A DNA stretch of 64,000 bases from Octopus bimaculoides (lineage: Eukaryota), in contig NC_068981.1 of the NCBI RefSeq assembly GCF_001194135.2, forward strand, positions 194,513,689 to 194,577,688, in the 5' to 3' direction. Below are positions 52,515 to 64,000 of this stretch, piece by piece. Numbering within the stretch: the stretch's first letter is position 1; the number at the start of each line of letters is the position of its first letter. A program made the position numbers and the translations under genes. The notes below the pieces were generated by a model, which was given only the letters and a program-made list of their open reading frames with translations, was not told where the DNA came from and did no database searches.

Positions 52515-53090
52515 TATAAAATTAATGTACATTTAAACACAAAAAGAAGTGACCCTTAACAGGCTGCCTTACATTCTAGAAGGAGCAGTCAAAACATCCA
52601 AAAACCACATTTAAGAGCAATTTCGAAGGGAATGAAAAATAAAAACTTTTACCATGTTTTTTACAACCAGACCTAGGTTTCGAACTTTAATTAGAAAATA
52701 AAATAATTTGCTAGGCAAAGTTCTCATCAGTGGGTATGCCAAACATTAACATATAATTTAGAAACGGTTATCACGTGTCTCATCATTATATATTATAATT
52801 TTTCAAATTCAGAAGCTCAGATTTAGTCGGCAGCAAATAAAAAAATGCCGATTAACTTCAGAAATTACTAAAATCATATTCTTAAAATAATATAGGGTAG
52901 CAAAATTTTAGAAATCTTTTACCAGTGGCCTAGCATCTATAAAAAGTCAACAGACAACATATTTTCCATATAAAATTAGTGTACATTTAAACACGAAAAG
53001 AGTGCTCATAAATCTGGTTTTTGGACGTTTTGACTGCTCCTTCTAGCATGTAAGGCGGCTTGTTAAAGGTTACTTTTTTTGTGGTGTACA
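52515..53090 (-). mobile_element. Non-coding retrozyme/Penelope-like element: 454-nt unit, about 35-nt terminal redundancy, about 80-bp inverted 5' cap
   Basis: Direct repeat tataaaatta(a/g)tgtacatttaaacac(a/g)aaaaga offset by 454 nt (gtac at 52527 and 52981). Inverted repeat 52539-52619 vs 53003-53082. One hammerhead inside; no ORF in the track. Confidence 0.65.
52663..52737 (-). ncRNA. Type I hammerhead ribozyme, intact core, GUC cleavage site
   Basis: Minus strand: AUACCCA-CUGAUGA-GAACUUU(28-nt loop)AAAGUUC-GAAA-CCUAGG-UC^UGGUUGU. Perfect 7-bp stem II with G10.1-C11.1; palindromic stem III ACCUAGGU; stem I of 3 bp, one mismatch, then 3 bp. Confidence 0.85.
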
Positions 53091-53299
53091 AGTGACCAAG
53101 ACCACAACATCGCACGGGGTCACTTATCTACAGCCGAATGGACTGGATCAATGTGGAAGGAAGTGTTTTGCTCAAGAGCACAATGCATTGCTCAGTCCAG
53201 CAACTGAACTCACAATCTTGCAATCACCAGTGGAAGACCCCTAACCACTTGGCCACTTGCCTTCACTATCCCCATATTAATAAGATCTACACATATATA

Positions 53300-53332
<33 letters not shown>

Positions 53333-54185
53333 AAATGTATGTATATGTATATATGTTTGTGTGCCATGCAGATCACGTGACTGACCTGATGATTGGCTGT
53401 TGTTATACATTTGCTGGTCCCAACAAGCTTTTGCATTGCTTTCGCCTTCAAATGATGCCATCCCACTGAATAAGTGAGCAGGTCAATCTTCTCACTGACC
53501 GGAGGCCTAGTCTGTCACAGGGTGGTCACCCGTTTACAGTTGAGTGGACTGGAGCAATGGGAAATGAACTGTTTTGGTCAAGAACACAATGCAGCACCTG
53601 GTTTGGGAATCGAACCCACAATATCATGATCACATGTGCAACACCATGACCACTTAGCTACAAACCTTCACCATGCAGGTACACCTGTATATATTCCACC
53701 CATCAGCCCACATAAAAAGCACTGGTGCTGGTATCATGTGCAAAGCATGGGTATTATGTAAAAAAAACACCCAGTACACTTTGTAAAGTGATAGGCATTA
53801 GGAAGGGCATCCATCTGTAAAGACCATGCCAAAACATCAAACGCTGAAACCTGATGTGGCTCCTAGCTTTGCCAGTTCTTGTCAAGTTATCCAACCCATG
53901 CCAGCATTGAAAACGGATGTTAAATGATGATGATGTACCCTGTAAGCATATGTGTATGCATATGTGGATATCACAGTGTTGTACTTGTATATATCACTGT
54001 CCCTATGCCCTATGCCGTAAGTATGTGTGTATGTATCTTGCATATCTACCTATTTGTGTTTTATTGCTAAACTTTAAATATATCTATCCCTGTGTATCAA
54101 ATGGATGTACCTGTATACATGTTACGTGACTGTTTCAAATATGTGTTATCCTAAGATATCTCTCTCTCTCTGTATATATCAACAG

Positions 54186-54382
54186 GTAAACCATCTCGGA
54201 GCAAGGAATCAGATCTCTACCTCACCCAGATTCATTTTGCTTCCGTCTACCGCCTCATTATTGAATTAATGATCCACATGAACAGAGAAGGATATGGTCA
54301 AGGAATATTCCACCGCATTCTTTACCAGTTAGTACAGACATGCCGTGAAGATCAGGGTGCCATGCAAGCTATGAGTTCTGAG
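54186..54382 (+). CDS. LYST: LYST coding exon 6
   Basis: aacag|GTAAA ... GAG|gtaagg; 197 nt, phase 1 to 0; GKPSRSKESDLYLTQIHFASVYRLIIELM...AMSSE is open. Confidence 0.83.
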
Positions 54383-55683
54383 GTAAGGATGGGTAATCTC
54401 CCGAGTATGGGGCATTCGAGGATGGCCAGTAAGGGTGTGAACAATAAAGAGAGACTGTGTGTGTGAGACGACGTTTAATCTATTCCCGCTAAAACAGGAC
54501 CACGACGCGACAGGGTTAATGGCGAGATTGTAGTAGGAGCGTAAATGTAGATATTGAGAGCTGTCACTGATCAATAAACCCATGTTAGGTAATAACTGTA
54601 AAGGGAGATAACTCTTAAGTGTTAAAACATTGATTCTTCACAACTACATAACGTTATGCATTTTGGGTCAGGCAAAGCTATTTAAAGTACCCTTAATATT
54701 TAACTGGTATCTATTTTAGTGACCCCACCTCCAGAAAGAAAAAAAGACAAAGTAGATTGAGCTCAGTGAGATTTGAACTTGGAATAAAAAAAGGATGCAA
54801 CTGAATATCACACGTTGCATCGATTGTGTATTTACACTGGGAAGCATGAATGGTGAGCATATAAGAATGCCTTGAATTATCCAGCCACACCTGGGAGCTC
54901 TGTGTGTTTGTGGTGTGTAGTACCTTGATTAATACACACCTGCCTAAGTAAGCATTAACCATTCAACAATGGATGATAACATTCAATGTAAATATATGAA
55001 TTATCACAAATGTTTATATGTATGTATGTACGTACGTATGGACGGACGGGAGGGCGGACGGACGGACGGTCTGTGGGTCTAAAAGTAGGCTTATAGTTAT
55101 CAAATAGGCACTCTAAAATTTTTTTTAAACATGTTATTACATTTTAATTTCTATCATACAATTAACTAAATTAGCATAGAATAATGGTTTCATAGTTTTT
55201 TTATAATTAAGATCTAAACTGTTAATATATGAATGTAAAAGAGATAGTTGAATAACTGTAAACCTACTTTTGGACCACCCTGTACATTGATTTTACTCAC
55301 TTCTAATAGAACTATGTATTGTTATGTGTGTGTATCTTGTTGAGGGCATAACTACATCTCTTGTGCTTGTGCCACAAAAAATGTCCTTAGACCATTATGT
55401 GAAGTAGTTGGTGGTAAGAAGAGCCTTCAGATGAAAAAACAAAGCCAAAAATGAAGTGCAAAAGATGCAAGATCCCTTGACCTTTCTAAGTAAGCAGTAC
55501 TCTTGGAGTCTGTGACTTACTGACCTGTTCAACCCATAGAATAGAAAGCAGGTGCAAAACGAAAATTCTTAAGAGATGTGTCTATGTGGTTAGGGATTTT
55601 GTTTCTCAAGCACATGGTCAAGGTGAAGCGTGGTGAAACCATCTAATAATGACTCCGTTCAGAATGCTGGAATAATACTTATA

Positions 55684-56496
55684 TGTACCAGAGGAGAAAG
55701 AGAGACACACAACCGAGTAGAATGTTTGAGAGAGAAGATTTATTGATATGTTAACGTGTGTGATTGTGTGTGCGTCATGTATACAGAACAATAGACAGGC
55801 CATCATGAGAACAAAGTGTATGTGTGTGTATAGGCATGGATGTATGCGTGTGCGTTAAGTACAGATAAGAATAGTAATGAAGAAGAAAAACATTGAAAGA
55901 GTCTATAATGAGGAGTTAGAAGAATGTTCATAGACACAAGAATGAGAAATACCAGTTTGTAGTCAATTGTACATGATAAGTTGAAATACTGTATCAAGAA
56001 GTTGTGGCAACGATGCAGAGCCGGTTGCAGTACATGTCATATGTGAAGTTGTGGCTGTAATGCTGCTGCTTGGGTCACTTGGTACAGGAGTTCCTGCAAG
56101 TTGTATATTTGCTGTTGATCCATGGTGAAGTAATTCACGAACAGTGCTGTATTGGAACCTGGGCGAGTTGCTGGTTACTGTGTACATAGAGAGATGATGT
56201 TGACGACATTAAGAAGATGATGGTGGCGATGAAGAAAGAGATTGCCTTATGCTGTTGGATGGGTGCTATCACTGGAACTGGCTGTGTCTTGTGCGGTCAG
56301 TGGCTAGACCTTAAAAGGTCTGGAACCAAAGACATTGAGAAGAGGGTTTTTATAAGGAACTGTAGGCTCAAACTGGGTTGAGAACAGGCTGTCTCACATG
56401 ATCTTATTTAGATCTCTGATTGGTTATATGCTGCAGACTGGCATTAAAATGATGATCTCGCATACATGTTTGCATACACACACACATACTCTTACA
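55684..56496 (-). mobile_element. Probable solo LTR (813 bp), antisense to LYST
   Basis: On the minus strand, in order: TGTA start (56496), CCAAT (56423-56419), TATAAAAA (56354-56347), AATAAA (55744-55739), TACA end (55684). No matching TSD found. Confidence 0.5.
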
Positions 56497-56606
56497 AATG
56501 TATGAGAGAGAGACACAGAGAGGCATCAATATAAATTTTATTTTTATTACAATCCATTCTGTTACAAGAACCTGTATTAAATGAAATCACATTGTTGTTT
56601 GGGTAG

Positions 56607-56673
56607 GGTATTGCTGGACTTATACTTAATGGGATGAAAGAAGATCTCCTAGGAAAGACCTCCATAAATAAAG
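56607..56673 (+). CDS. LYST: LYST coding exon 7 (67-nt small exon, not in ORF track)
   Basis: gggtag|GGTATT ... AAAG|gtaatt; GIAGLILNGMKEDLLGKTSINK+G. Phase 0 to 1 bridges exon 6 and exon 8 exactly, and it fills the position of recalled LYST [22 protein letters not shown]. Confidence 0.75.
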
Positions 56674-56744
56674 GTAATTCAATATATTTTTTTTGCTTTT
56701 TTTATGGTTTTGTAACATTTAACTTGTTTAATTTGTGTAATGTC

Positions 56745-57505
56745 CGTGTGCATTGATGGCAGTGTGTGAGTTCCCTGAGAGAAAAGTTGGACCATAAGAA
56801 GCATCAGATGTGATGTGCAAGAGAGACAACTGCATAGGTATGGTCATGTGTTATGTATGGATGAGGACAGCTGTGTGAGGAAGTGCCACTCCCTAACTGT
56901 GGAAGGAACCTGTGGAAGAGGTAGATCCAGAAAGACATGGGATGAGGTGGTGAAGTATGATCATCGAATGTTGGGCCTCACAGAGGCAATGACTGGAGAC
57001 TGAGACTTTTGGAGATATGCTGTGATTAAGAAGACCCGACAATGAAAGTGAGATCGCAGCCATGGCTGATGCCAGGGTTGCATGTCTGCTCCTTGATGTG
57101 TTGGGCGATATATGTTTGAGAAGACCTGTTGAATCAAATAAAAGCAAAATTGTAGCTGGCCAGTGCCCCCTGACTGGCTCCCGTTCTGGTGGCATGTAAA
57201 ATGCATCATCCAAACATGGTCAATGCCAGTGCCTCCTGACTGACTCCCATGCGAGTGGCACGTAAAAAGCACCATCTGAATGTGGTCAATGCCAGGTCTA
57301 CCTGACTGGCTCCTGTGCCACTGGCATGTAAAAAGCACCCACTATACTCTCAGAGTGGTTGGTGTTAGGAAGGGCATCCATCTGTGGAAACCTTGCCAGA
57401 TCATATTGGAGCCTTGTGCAGCCATCTGGCTCGTCAGTCCTCAGTCAAACCAGCCAACCCATGCCAGCATGGAAAGCGGACGTTAAACAACGATGATGGT
57501 GATGA
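56745..57505 (+). mobile_element. RTE-clade LINE 3' end (ORF end, 3' UTR, (GAT)n tail)
   Basis: QLHRYGHVLCMDEDSCVRKCHSLTVEGTCGRGRSRKTWDEVV, then a repeated gtggcacgtaaaaagcacc 3' UTR and gttaaac(gat)n tail. Confidence 0.85.
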
Positions 57506-57746
57506 TTGTTTTTGAATTAATCATGTATTATCTCATAACTTCAAGATTTCAGTGATGTGATCGTTTATTTTTAGAATGACATTGTAAGGTAGGTGTGACA
57601 GGCCTGATTTGATCAGTCTGAACATAAAACAGGCAGAAAATTTAGGCTTGATGTGGCCATTTTAAATGCTAACGGGTGTGTGTAGCTGTGTGTAGACATT
57701 GTATGATATCACTGCATTAAGTGTAAATGCTGTTCTTCTGTTCTAG

Positions 57747-57856
57747 AAACACAGATCTTGCTGTTCACATTCATTCAACAGTTAGCACAAAATGAGATCA
57801 CTGCTGCTGAACTGAAGCTGCTTCTGCGTTTGTTCATGGAAGATGCTTCTCCCTAT
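57747..57856 (+). CDS. LYST: LYST coding exon 8
   Basis: ttctgttctag|AAACA ... TAT|gtaagt; 110 nt, phase 1 to 0. ETQILLFTFIQQLAQNEITAAELKLLLRLFMEDASPY resembles LYST SEELTLLLRIFLEKSP. Confidence 0.87.
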
Positions 57857-59147
57857 GTAAGTAACACCATGAACATTCTTCACATTTGCAATTTTTATGG
57901 GGGTTTTTTTTCTCATTATTTTTCTGTGATCACACGAGTGTTCTGTGGCAGTTCTGTAATGTACCCTACCCTTCTGTCTCTTCGTTCTATCAGTCTTATT
58001 ATACTCTCTGCCCATTGTAATTCGATCCATGACTCTTTTCTCATTTATTTCTTCATTATATATTATATATCAATGTGTAATTCATCCTGCACTTTGAGTG
58101 GAGATGATGAAGTAGATAAGATGTCTGTCACTGGCATTTCATCATCATCATCTTCATCATCATTTAATGTCTGTCTTCCATACTGGCATGGGTTGATGGT
58201 AGGAGCTGGTAGGACTGTACCAAGTTCCACTGTCTGCTTTGGCATAGATTTTTTACAGCTGGATGCCCTTCCTAATGTCAACCACTTCACAGGGAGTACT
58301 GGATGCCTTTTTTTTTTGAAACGTATAAGACTTTCTCACTTCCCGAGCGTTAAACTAATACATTTGTTTGTTGTTTACACACTCATCTTCGTCTTTTGTT
58401 TTTTTGTAAATTCTCACTATATATATATATAAAATGGGCTTCTTTCATTTTCCATCTACCAAATCCACTCACAAGGCTTTGGTTGGCCCGAGGCTGTAGT
58501 AGAAGACACTTGCCTAAAGTGCCACGCAGTGGGATTGAACTTGGAACCATGAGGTTGAGAAGTAGGCTTTTCACCACACAGCCACTCCTATGCCTGTATA
58601 TCATGATGGCATCATTACGACTCTTGAGGTCCCAAACAAATAATATAAAGAATTGGAAATAATGCAGTTAAGCATTTCATCCAAAGCAGTAATGAGTCTG
58701 CCATCTTTCTGCCTTTAATAGTTTCAAATTTTGGCACAAGGCCTACAATTTTAGGGAGGGAATTGAACTCGGAATCTTGGGGTTAGTAGCCTACGCTCCT
58801 AATCACTACACCATATGCCCGTGATGATGATGGTGATGAATGTAAGATGGACAAAATTCCGCTAAGCATTTTGCCTGGCATACTAACGACTTTGCCAGAT
58901 TTCACTATTTAAGGTGTCAACCTTCAATAATAATAATAATCCTTTCTACTAAAGGCACAAGACCTGAAATTAGGTGGGAGGCGACTAGACGATTACATCA
59001 ACCCCAGTGTTTCACTGGTACGTAATTTATTGACCCCGAAAGGATGAAAGGCAAAGTTCACCTTGGTGGAATTTGAACTCAGCACGTAGCGATGGGTGAA
59101 ATACTGCTCAGCATTTTGTCCAACCTGCTAACGATTCTGCCATCTCA

Positions 59148-59182
<35 letters not shown>

Positions 59183-59237
59183 TGATGATGATGATTTAAA
59201 AATGCTAATTAATGGTCTGTAATTGTCTCTCTGTCAG

Positions 59238-59406
59238 GATTTACTGCTGTCAACACTAACAGGGATTGTCGAAAACTATAGAGTGTCACCAACTCATTAT
59301 GTCCAGTTTCCGGTAACGAGACAGGATTCAAGCAACTCTAATTACAATGGCAGCAGCAGCATCAACAGCAGCAGCAAACACAAGATGGAGTCTGGTTGTG
59401 ATAATG
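59238..59406 (+). CDS. LYST: LYST coding exon 9
   Basis: ctgtcag|GAT ... AATG|gtattt; 169 nt, phase 0 to 1. DLLLSTLTGIVENYRVSPTHYVQFP resembles LYST [25 protein letters not shown]. Confidence 0.85.
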
Positions 59407-60778
59407 GTATTTTATCTCTTTCTTTTTCATTATTTATTTTGTTAAATTATTTTTGTGTTTTCTTCACTTTTCCTCACAACAACAATATTTCAAGGTGTCA
59501 CGAAGGCAATATTTAGGTGGTATTTTCTCCAGTGTGAAAGCACTTGGCCTGGTGGTTAGGGTGTTGCACTCACGATTGCTAGATCATGGGTTCGATTCCT
59601 GGACCAGACGGTGCAGTGTGTTCTTGAGCAAAACCCTTCATGTCATGTTGCTCCAGTCCACTCAGCTGTAAATGGATAGCCACCCTGCGATGGGAATGTT
59701 GGCCTGCTCACCTGACCAGTGGTGGTGGCGTCATTCAAAGGCTAAAACAGTGTAAAGCACATTGTGCCCATACATGCATCGGTCGTTGCCAGTGCCACCT
59801 GACTGGCTCCCCATGCCGGTGGCACATAAAAGGCACCAACCGAACATGGCCGATGCCAGCTTGACTGGCTCCCTTGCCGGTCGTACATAAAAAGCACCAT
59901 CTGAACGTGGTCGATGCCAGCCCCCTTGCCCTGTCTGGCTGTCTGGCTCCTGTGCCACTGGCATGTAAAAAGCACCCACTACACTGTCAGAGTGGTTGGC
60001 GTTAGAACGGGCATCTAGTTGTAGAATCATTGCCAGATGACATTGGAGCCTGGTGCAGCCTTCTGGCCAACCCATGCCAGCATGGGAAACAGACGTTAAA
60101 CAATGATGTATAACAACATCTGATAGTTTGGTCAATACCATAACTTTCTCCAGTAATAGTTGTTGTAATGTTTCTCAATAGGGTATGTAGCTTGGAGATC
60201 AAGGATGCCCCTCCCCTGGTTGAGCTGTTATTTTTCTGCATTGAAAGGTCATAACCCTGGTACTACAGACATGGGAGTAGAATGTCATTGGGAAGAATTG
60301 CAAGACAAATTCTTCAAGCTGACCCAACCAGTTGAAAACCTAGGGGTAGACCAAGAACACAGTGGTTGGATAATGTCCGTGGTCTGGAAAGTGCAATGAC
60401 TGTTGCTTCGCTTAGAATCCTATGCAGGAGGGTCCTGAAGACTTTCCTCTTTTTCAGAACCCTCCACCAGAGTAAAATAGTAATAAAGGGGCTCCATAGA
60501 TAGATAAATGGTTGAGAATCATTGATCTGTGGAGTTCATCTGTCTGCTAGAAATAGTAGCCAAATCTTCCTCAAATCAAATAGCACTTTACTGCTTTAAA
60601 CAATGTTGGATAAATTGGATGATATAGTCCAAGATACATTAAGTCTAATAGAAAAAAAAAAGATGAGAGGGTCATGGTTGGACTACTTTCCCTTTTAAGT
60701 CAGCTGGATCAGCACAGACCCTATCTCATCCCATGCCCACACCTTGTTACCATTGTTCACCCTTCAATTCTTTTCCAG

Positions 60779-60982
60779 ATGTCCACCCTGGCAGCAGTCC
60801 AAAGGTGATCAGTCTAGCACCAGTCACAATGCAAGTGTCCAATCTATTACCGTGGCCACCCTACCAGAATGGCTTCAGTGTGTCACTATGGTTACAGCTT
60901 GGTGATGAGGTTCTACCTGACCAATGGATTCCAGGAACCAGATCAAAGGAGAAGGTGATGCAGGATACGACGGACATCTTTG
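60779..60982 (+). CDS. LYST: LYST coding exon 10 (start of ConA-like region)
   Basis: ttttccag|AT ... TTTG|gtgagt; 204 nt, phase 1 to 1. SLAPVTMQVSNLLPWPPYQNGFSVSLW resembles LYST [27 protein letters not shown]. Confidence 0.9.
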
Positions 60983-62099
60983 GTGAGTCAATACAGCAAC
61001 CCCATTCGCTTCTTCTGGTTTATCATCATCGTCATCCTCACCACCACCATCATCATCATAGTCATTATAGCCATCATCATCATCATCATCATACATTTGC
61101 TTTTATATGATGGCATGGCTTGCAAACATCCTCAATGTCTGAGTCAGTTCTAATTTGGAGTTACTGAGCTTCTAAACAAGTCTGTGTTGGCTGTGTTAAG
61201 AAATTTGCTTCCCAACCACATGATTGTGGGTTCAGTCCCACTGAGGGGGAACCTCGGGCAAGTGTCTTCTACTATAGACTCGGGATAAACCAAATTCTTG
61301 TGAGTGTATTTGGTGGATGGAAACTGAAAGAAGCTTGTCGTATACATGTGTGTGTGTGTGTCTTTGTATTTGTCCCCCCACTACTGCTTAACAACTGGTG
61401 TTGGTATGTTTACATCCCTGTAACTTAACAGTTTGCCAATAAAAACTGATAGAAAATGTACCAGGCTTATAAAAAGTCTCACAGATGTGGTAACAAATGA
61501 CTAAGACCTAAGACTGTTGTTGATATGGTGTTGTATAGTAGATCTATCAAACCCACGTGAGAATGGAGAAATGGCGATTAGGATAATAACAATGGTGATG
61601 ATGATGATGATGGTAATGGTAATGTTGGATTACATTCTCCAAGAGCATAAAACTTGTTTTAGCTTGAGTGGAGTAAGTGATTAGTTATTGTCATCGTCAT
61701 CATTTAACATCCGTTTTCCATGCTGGCATGGGTTGAACAGTTTGACAGGAGCTGGCCAGCCGGAGAACTGCATCAGTCCCCCAACTGTCTGTTTTGGCAT
61801 GGTTTCTATGGCTGGATGCCCTTCCTAACACCAACCACTTTGAGAGTGTAGTGGGTGCTTTTTACATGGCACCAGCATGGGCGTTTTTTACTTGGCACCA
61901 GTACCAGTGCTATTCACAGGGCACTAAGCACATCCAATTTTTTACATGGCGCTAGCACAAGTGCTTAATGTGGTTGTCTTCTATAATCTCTGCTTACTTC
62001 TCTTTTCAGTTCTCTCCAAGAAAGGTTTTGCATTTCTGTTCCTTAATTTTCTTGCATTTTACCAATATTCAATTTTCAAATGTTTTCTTAATTCTTCAG

Positions 62100-62265
62100 A
62101 CAATGGTGACCACCACAAGACCTGGTTGAGGTCGAATCTATCTCAAATGACCCCTGATGCAGCTTCTTACATTAGCAACGAATGTCTACACATTTTCTCT
62201 GTAGGCACAGAAGAAAAGATGTTTGAGATATGGGCTGATCCCTGCATTGGAACCCTTGTTGTCAG
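62100..62265 (+). CDS. LYST: LYST coding exon 11 (gene continues beyond window)
   Basis: ttcttcag|AC ... GTCAG|gtttgt; 166 nt, phase 1 to 2. ECLHIFSVGTEEKMFEIWADPCIGTLVVR resembles LYST [29 protein letters not shown]. Confidence 0.9.
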
Positions 62266-63581
62266 GTTTGTTTCTCACATTCTATTTTTTCTTTTTTTTC
62301 TTTTTTCAGTTATTAAGTCTGGTTATTCATGATGCCTTTAATATAATGCTAGCACCATCATCGTTTTTGTTAGCCTTGGGCCTCACAGAGGCAAAGTGGC
62401 TGAGTTCCTTTCAAGCGTTGGGTCTCATGGAGGCAATGACTGAGACCTTTAAGTCGTGCTTGAGAAGACTCATCAAGCTGAGCAAAATTGCAGTCATGGC
62501 AGATACTGATGTCACACAAATGGCACCTGTGCCGCGGCATGTAAAAGCACCTATTACACTCTGAGTGGCTGGCATTAGGAAGGGCATCCAGCTATAGAGA
62601 AAACCATGCCAAATCAGATTGGAGCCTGGTGCAGCCTTTCAGCGTGCCAGCCCTGGTCAAACCATCCAACCCATGCCAGCATGGACAACAGAGACGTTCA
62701 ATGATGATGATGATGATGATGATTCCTTTTCCATGTTTGCATGCATTGGGCAGAGTTCATCAATAGAGGTGGATTTTCTACACCTGGATGTCCTTCCTGT
62801 TGCCAAAGTAATGTTTTCCCATGTCTAGACACATTTTTCAAAGAAGACTGGAAACAAGAAAGAAGACTGCAAATAACATTGCTTGTATGACAAGGATGTT
62901 CATTTACAACCATCACATGATGTCAGGACAAGGACGGGGACACACACACACATACACACTAATACTGAACTGTGAGAATGAGTGCTCAATACCATGTTGG
63001 TAGATAAATATTTTTTATTTGTGGCTGAACAAGGCTACCAATAGTTTCATGCAAAGAGGTATCTCTTAACATCTTTGAAGCCTGATAAGATGAGAATGTT
63101 GGTACTCATATTCATTTTGGATGAGAATACATGAAGTTACACGAGACAGTATAGGATTATGAGATAAATAAATATGCAGAAGATCAAGGCTTGATAAATG
63201 TGAAGACATTTTTTCTTACATGAAACCATTGGTATCTTTGTTAACCCACAAATAAAAAAACTTTGTACACACACACACATACACCCCCCCCCCCCACAAA
63301 ATGGTTCTTTCAGTTTCCATCTACCAAAGCTAAGGGCTTTAGTAAAACACACTTTCCCAAAGTACCACGCAGTGGAAGTGAACCTGAATTTGAGAAGGGG
63401 TGAGGAGGTGGTTTTTATGTCCAATGTTGAGAGGCTAAAGTATGACAGAAGCACAGGAATGGGTGTCTTGCTGCAGAGAAGATACCTGTCAAATATCAAT
63501 GATGTAACTACTGACACCCCCTTCCCCCTCCACATATATATTTATACTTTATTTGGACATTGATAAAGCAATTAAGAAAGA

Positions 63582-64000
63582 GATAAAGCAATTAAGAGTA
63601 TGAAGACCGGGAAAGCCCCCGGCCCATCAGGAATCACTGCAGAGATGCTCAAAATATCTGGCAGTGTTGGCTATAGCCTAGTCACCCGTATTACGAACCA
63701 GGTGATACACGAAGGAGTCATACCCTATGACTGGTGTAGCAGCATCATAGTCAACTGCTACAAAGGTAAAGGGGACGCTTTAGATACAAATAATTACAGA
63801 GGCATCAAGCTGTTAGATCAGGTTATGAAAGTTACAGAGAGGGTCATAGCCCAACTAATTAGGGAGCGAATCAATTTAGATGAGATGCAGTTTGGGTTCG
63901 TGCCAGGTAAAAGCACTACTGATGCCTTATTTCTAGTGAGACAGTTGCAAGAGAAATACCTAGCCAAGGATAAACCTCTGTACCTGGCTTTCGTTGACAT
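63582..64000 (+). mobile_element. 5'-truncated RTE-clade LINE with uninterrupted RT frame to the window end
   Basis: DKAIKSMKTGKAPGPSGITAEMLK..IPYDW..IIVNCYKGKGDALDTNNYRGIKLL..QFGFVPGKSTTDALFLVRQLQEKY..LYLAFVD; no stop seen. Confidence 0.92.

Noticed and set aside
52539-53082. Ordinary MITE with 80-bp TIRs
   Set aside because: The left repeat continues into a 454-nt-offset direct repeat, no TSD is seen, and a hammerhead lies inside, so a fold-back retro-insertion fits better. A MITE is not fully excluded.
59313-59318. Alternative donor CCG|gtaacg inside exon 9
   Set aside because: Phase 0 is incompatible with the phase-1 exon 10; the donor at 59407 fits.

Overview
AT-rich, repeat-dense animal genomic DNA with N-gaps. 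The SINE/LINE repertoire suggests an octopus, which is an inference. The window holds the 5' part of one large + strand gene, LYST (lysosomal trafficking regulator, CHS1/Beige). I reconstructed 11 phase-consistent GT-AG coding exons (7673-62265, about 4070 nt, about 1356 codons), including a 2585-nt internal exon and a 67-nt exon absent from the ORF track. The gene continues past the window end. Introns contain tRNA/CORE-type and Nin-like SINEs, RTE-LINE 3' tails, LINE fragments (RTE, CR1/L2, R4-like), a mariner relic, piggyBac- and hAT-type MITEs, a probable solo LTR and microsatellites. The most notable signal is four type-I hammerhead-ribozyme motifs with palindromic stem III, from three unrelated repeat families. 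(i) A motif with a fully intact core and GUC cleavage site sits in a non-coding 454-nt terminally redundant, fold-back, retrozyme-like element (52515-53090). (ii) Two lie in Penelope-like (GIY-YIG) copies that also carry a tRNA-like Pol III cassette. (iii) One belongs to a third family whose other copies show inverted 5' ends. All family assignments come from recalled motifs; no database search or folding program was run.
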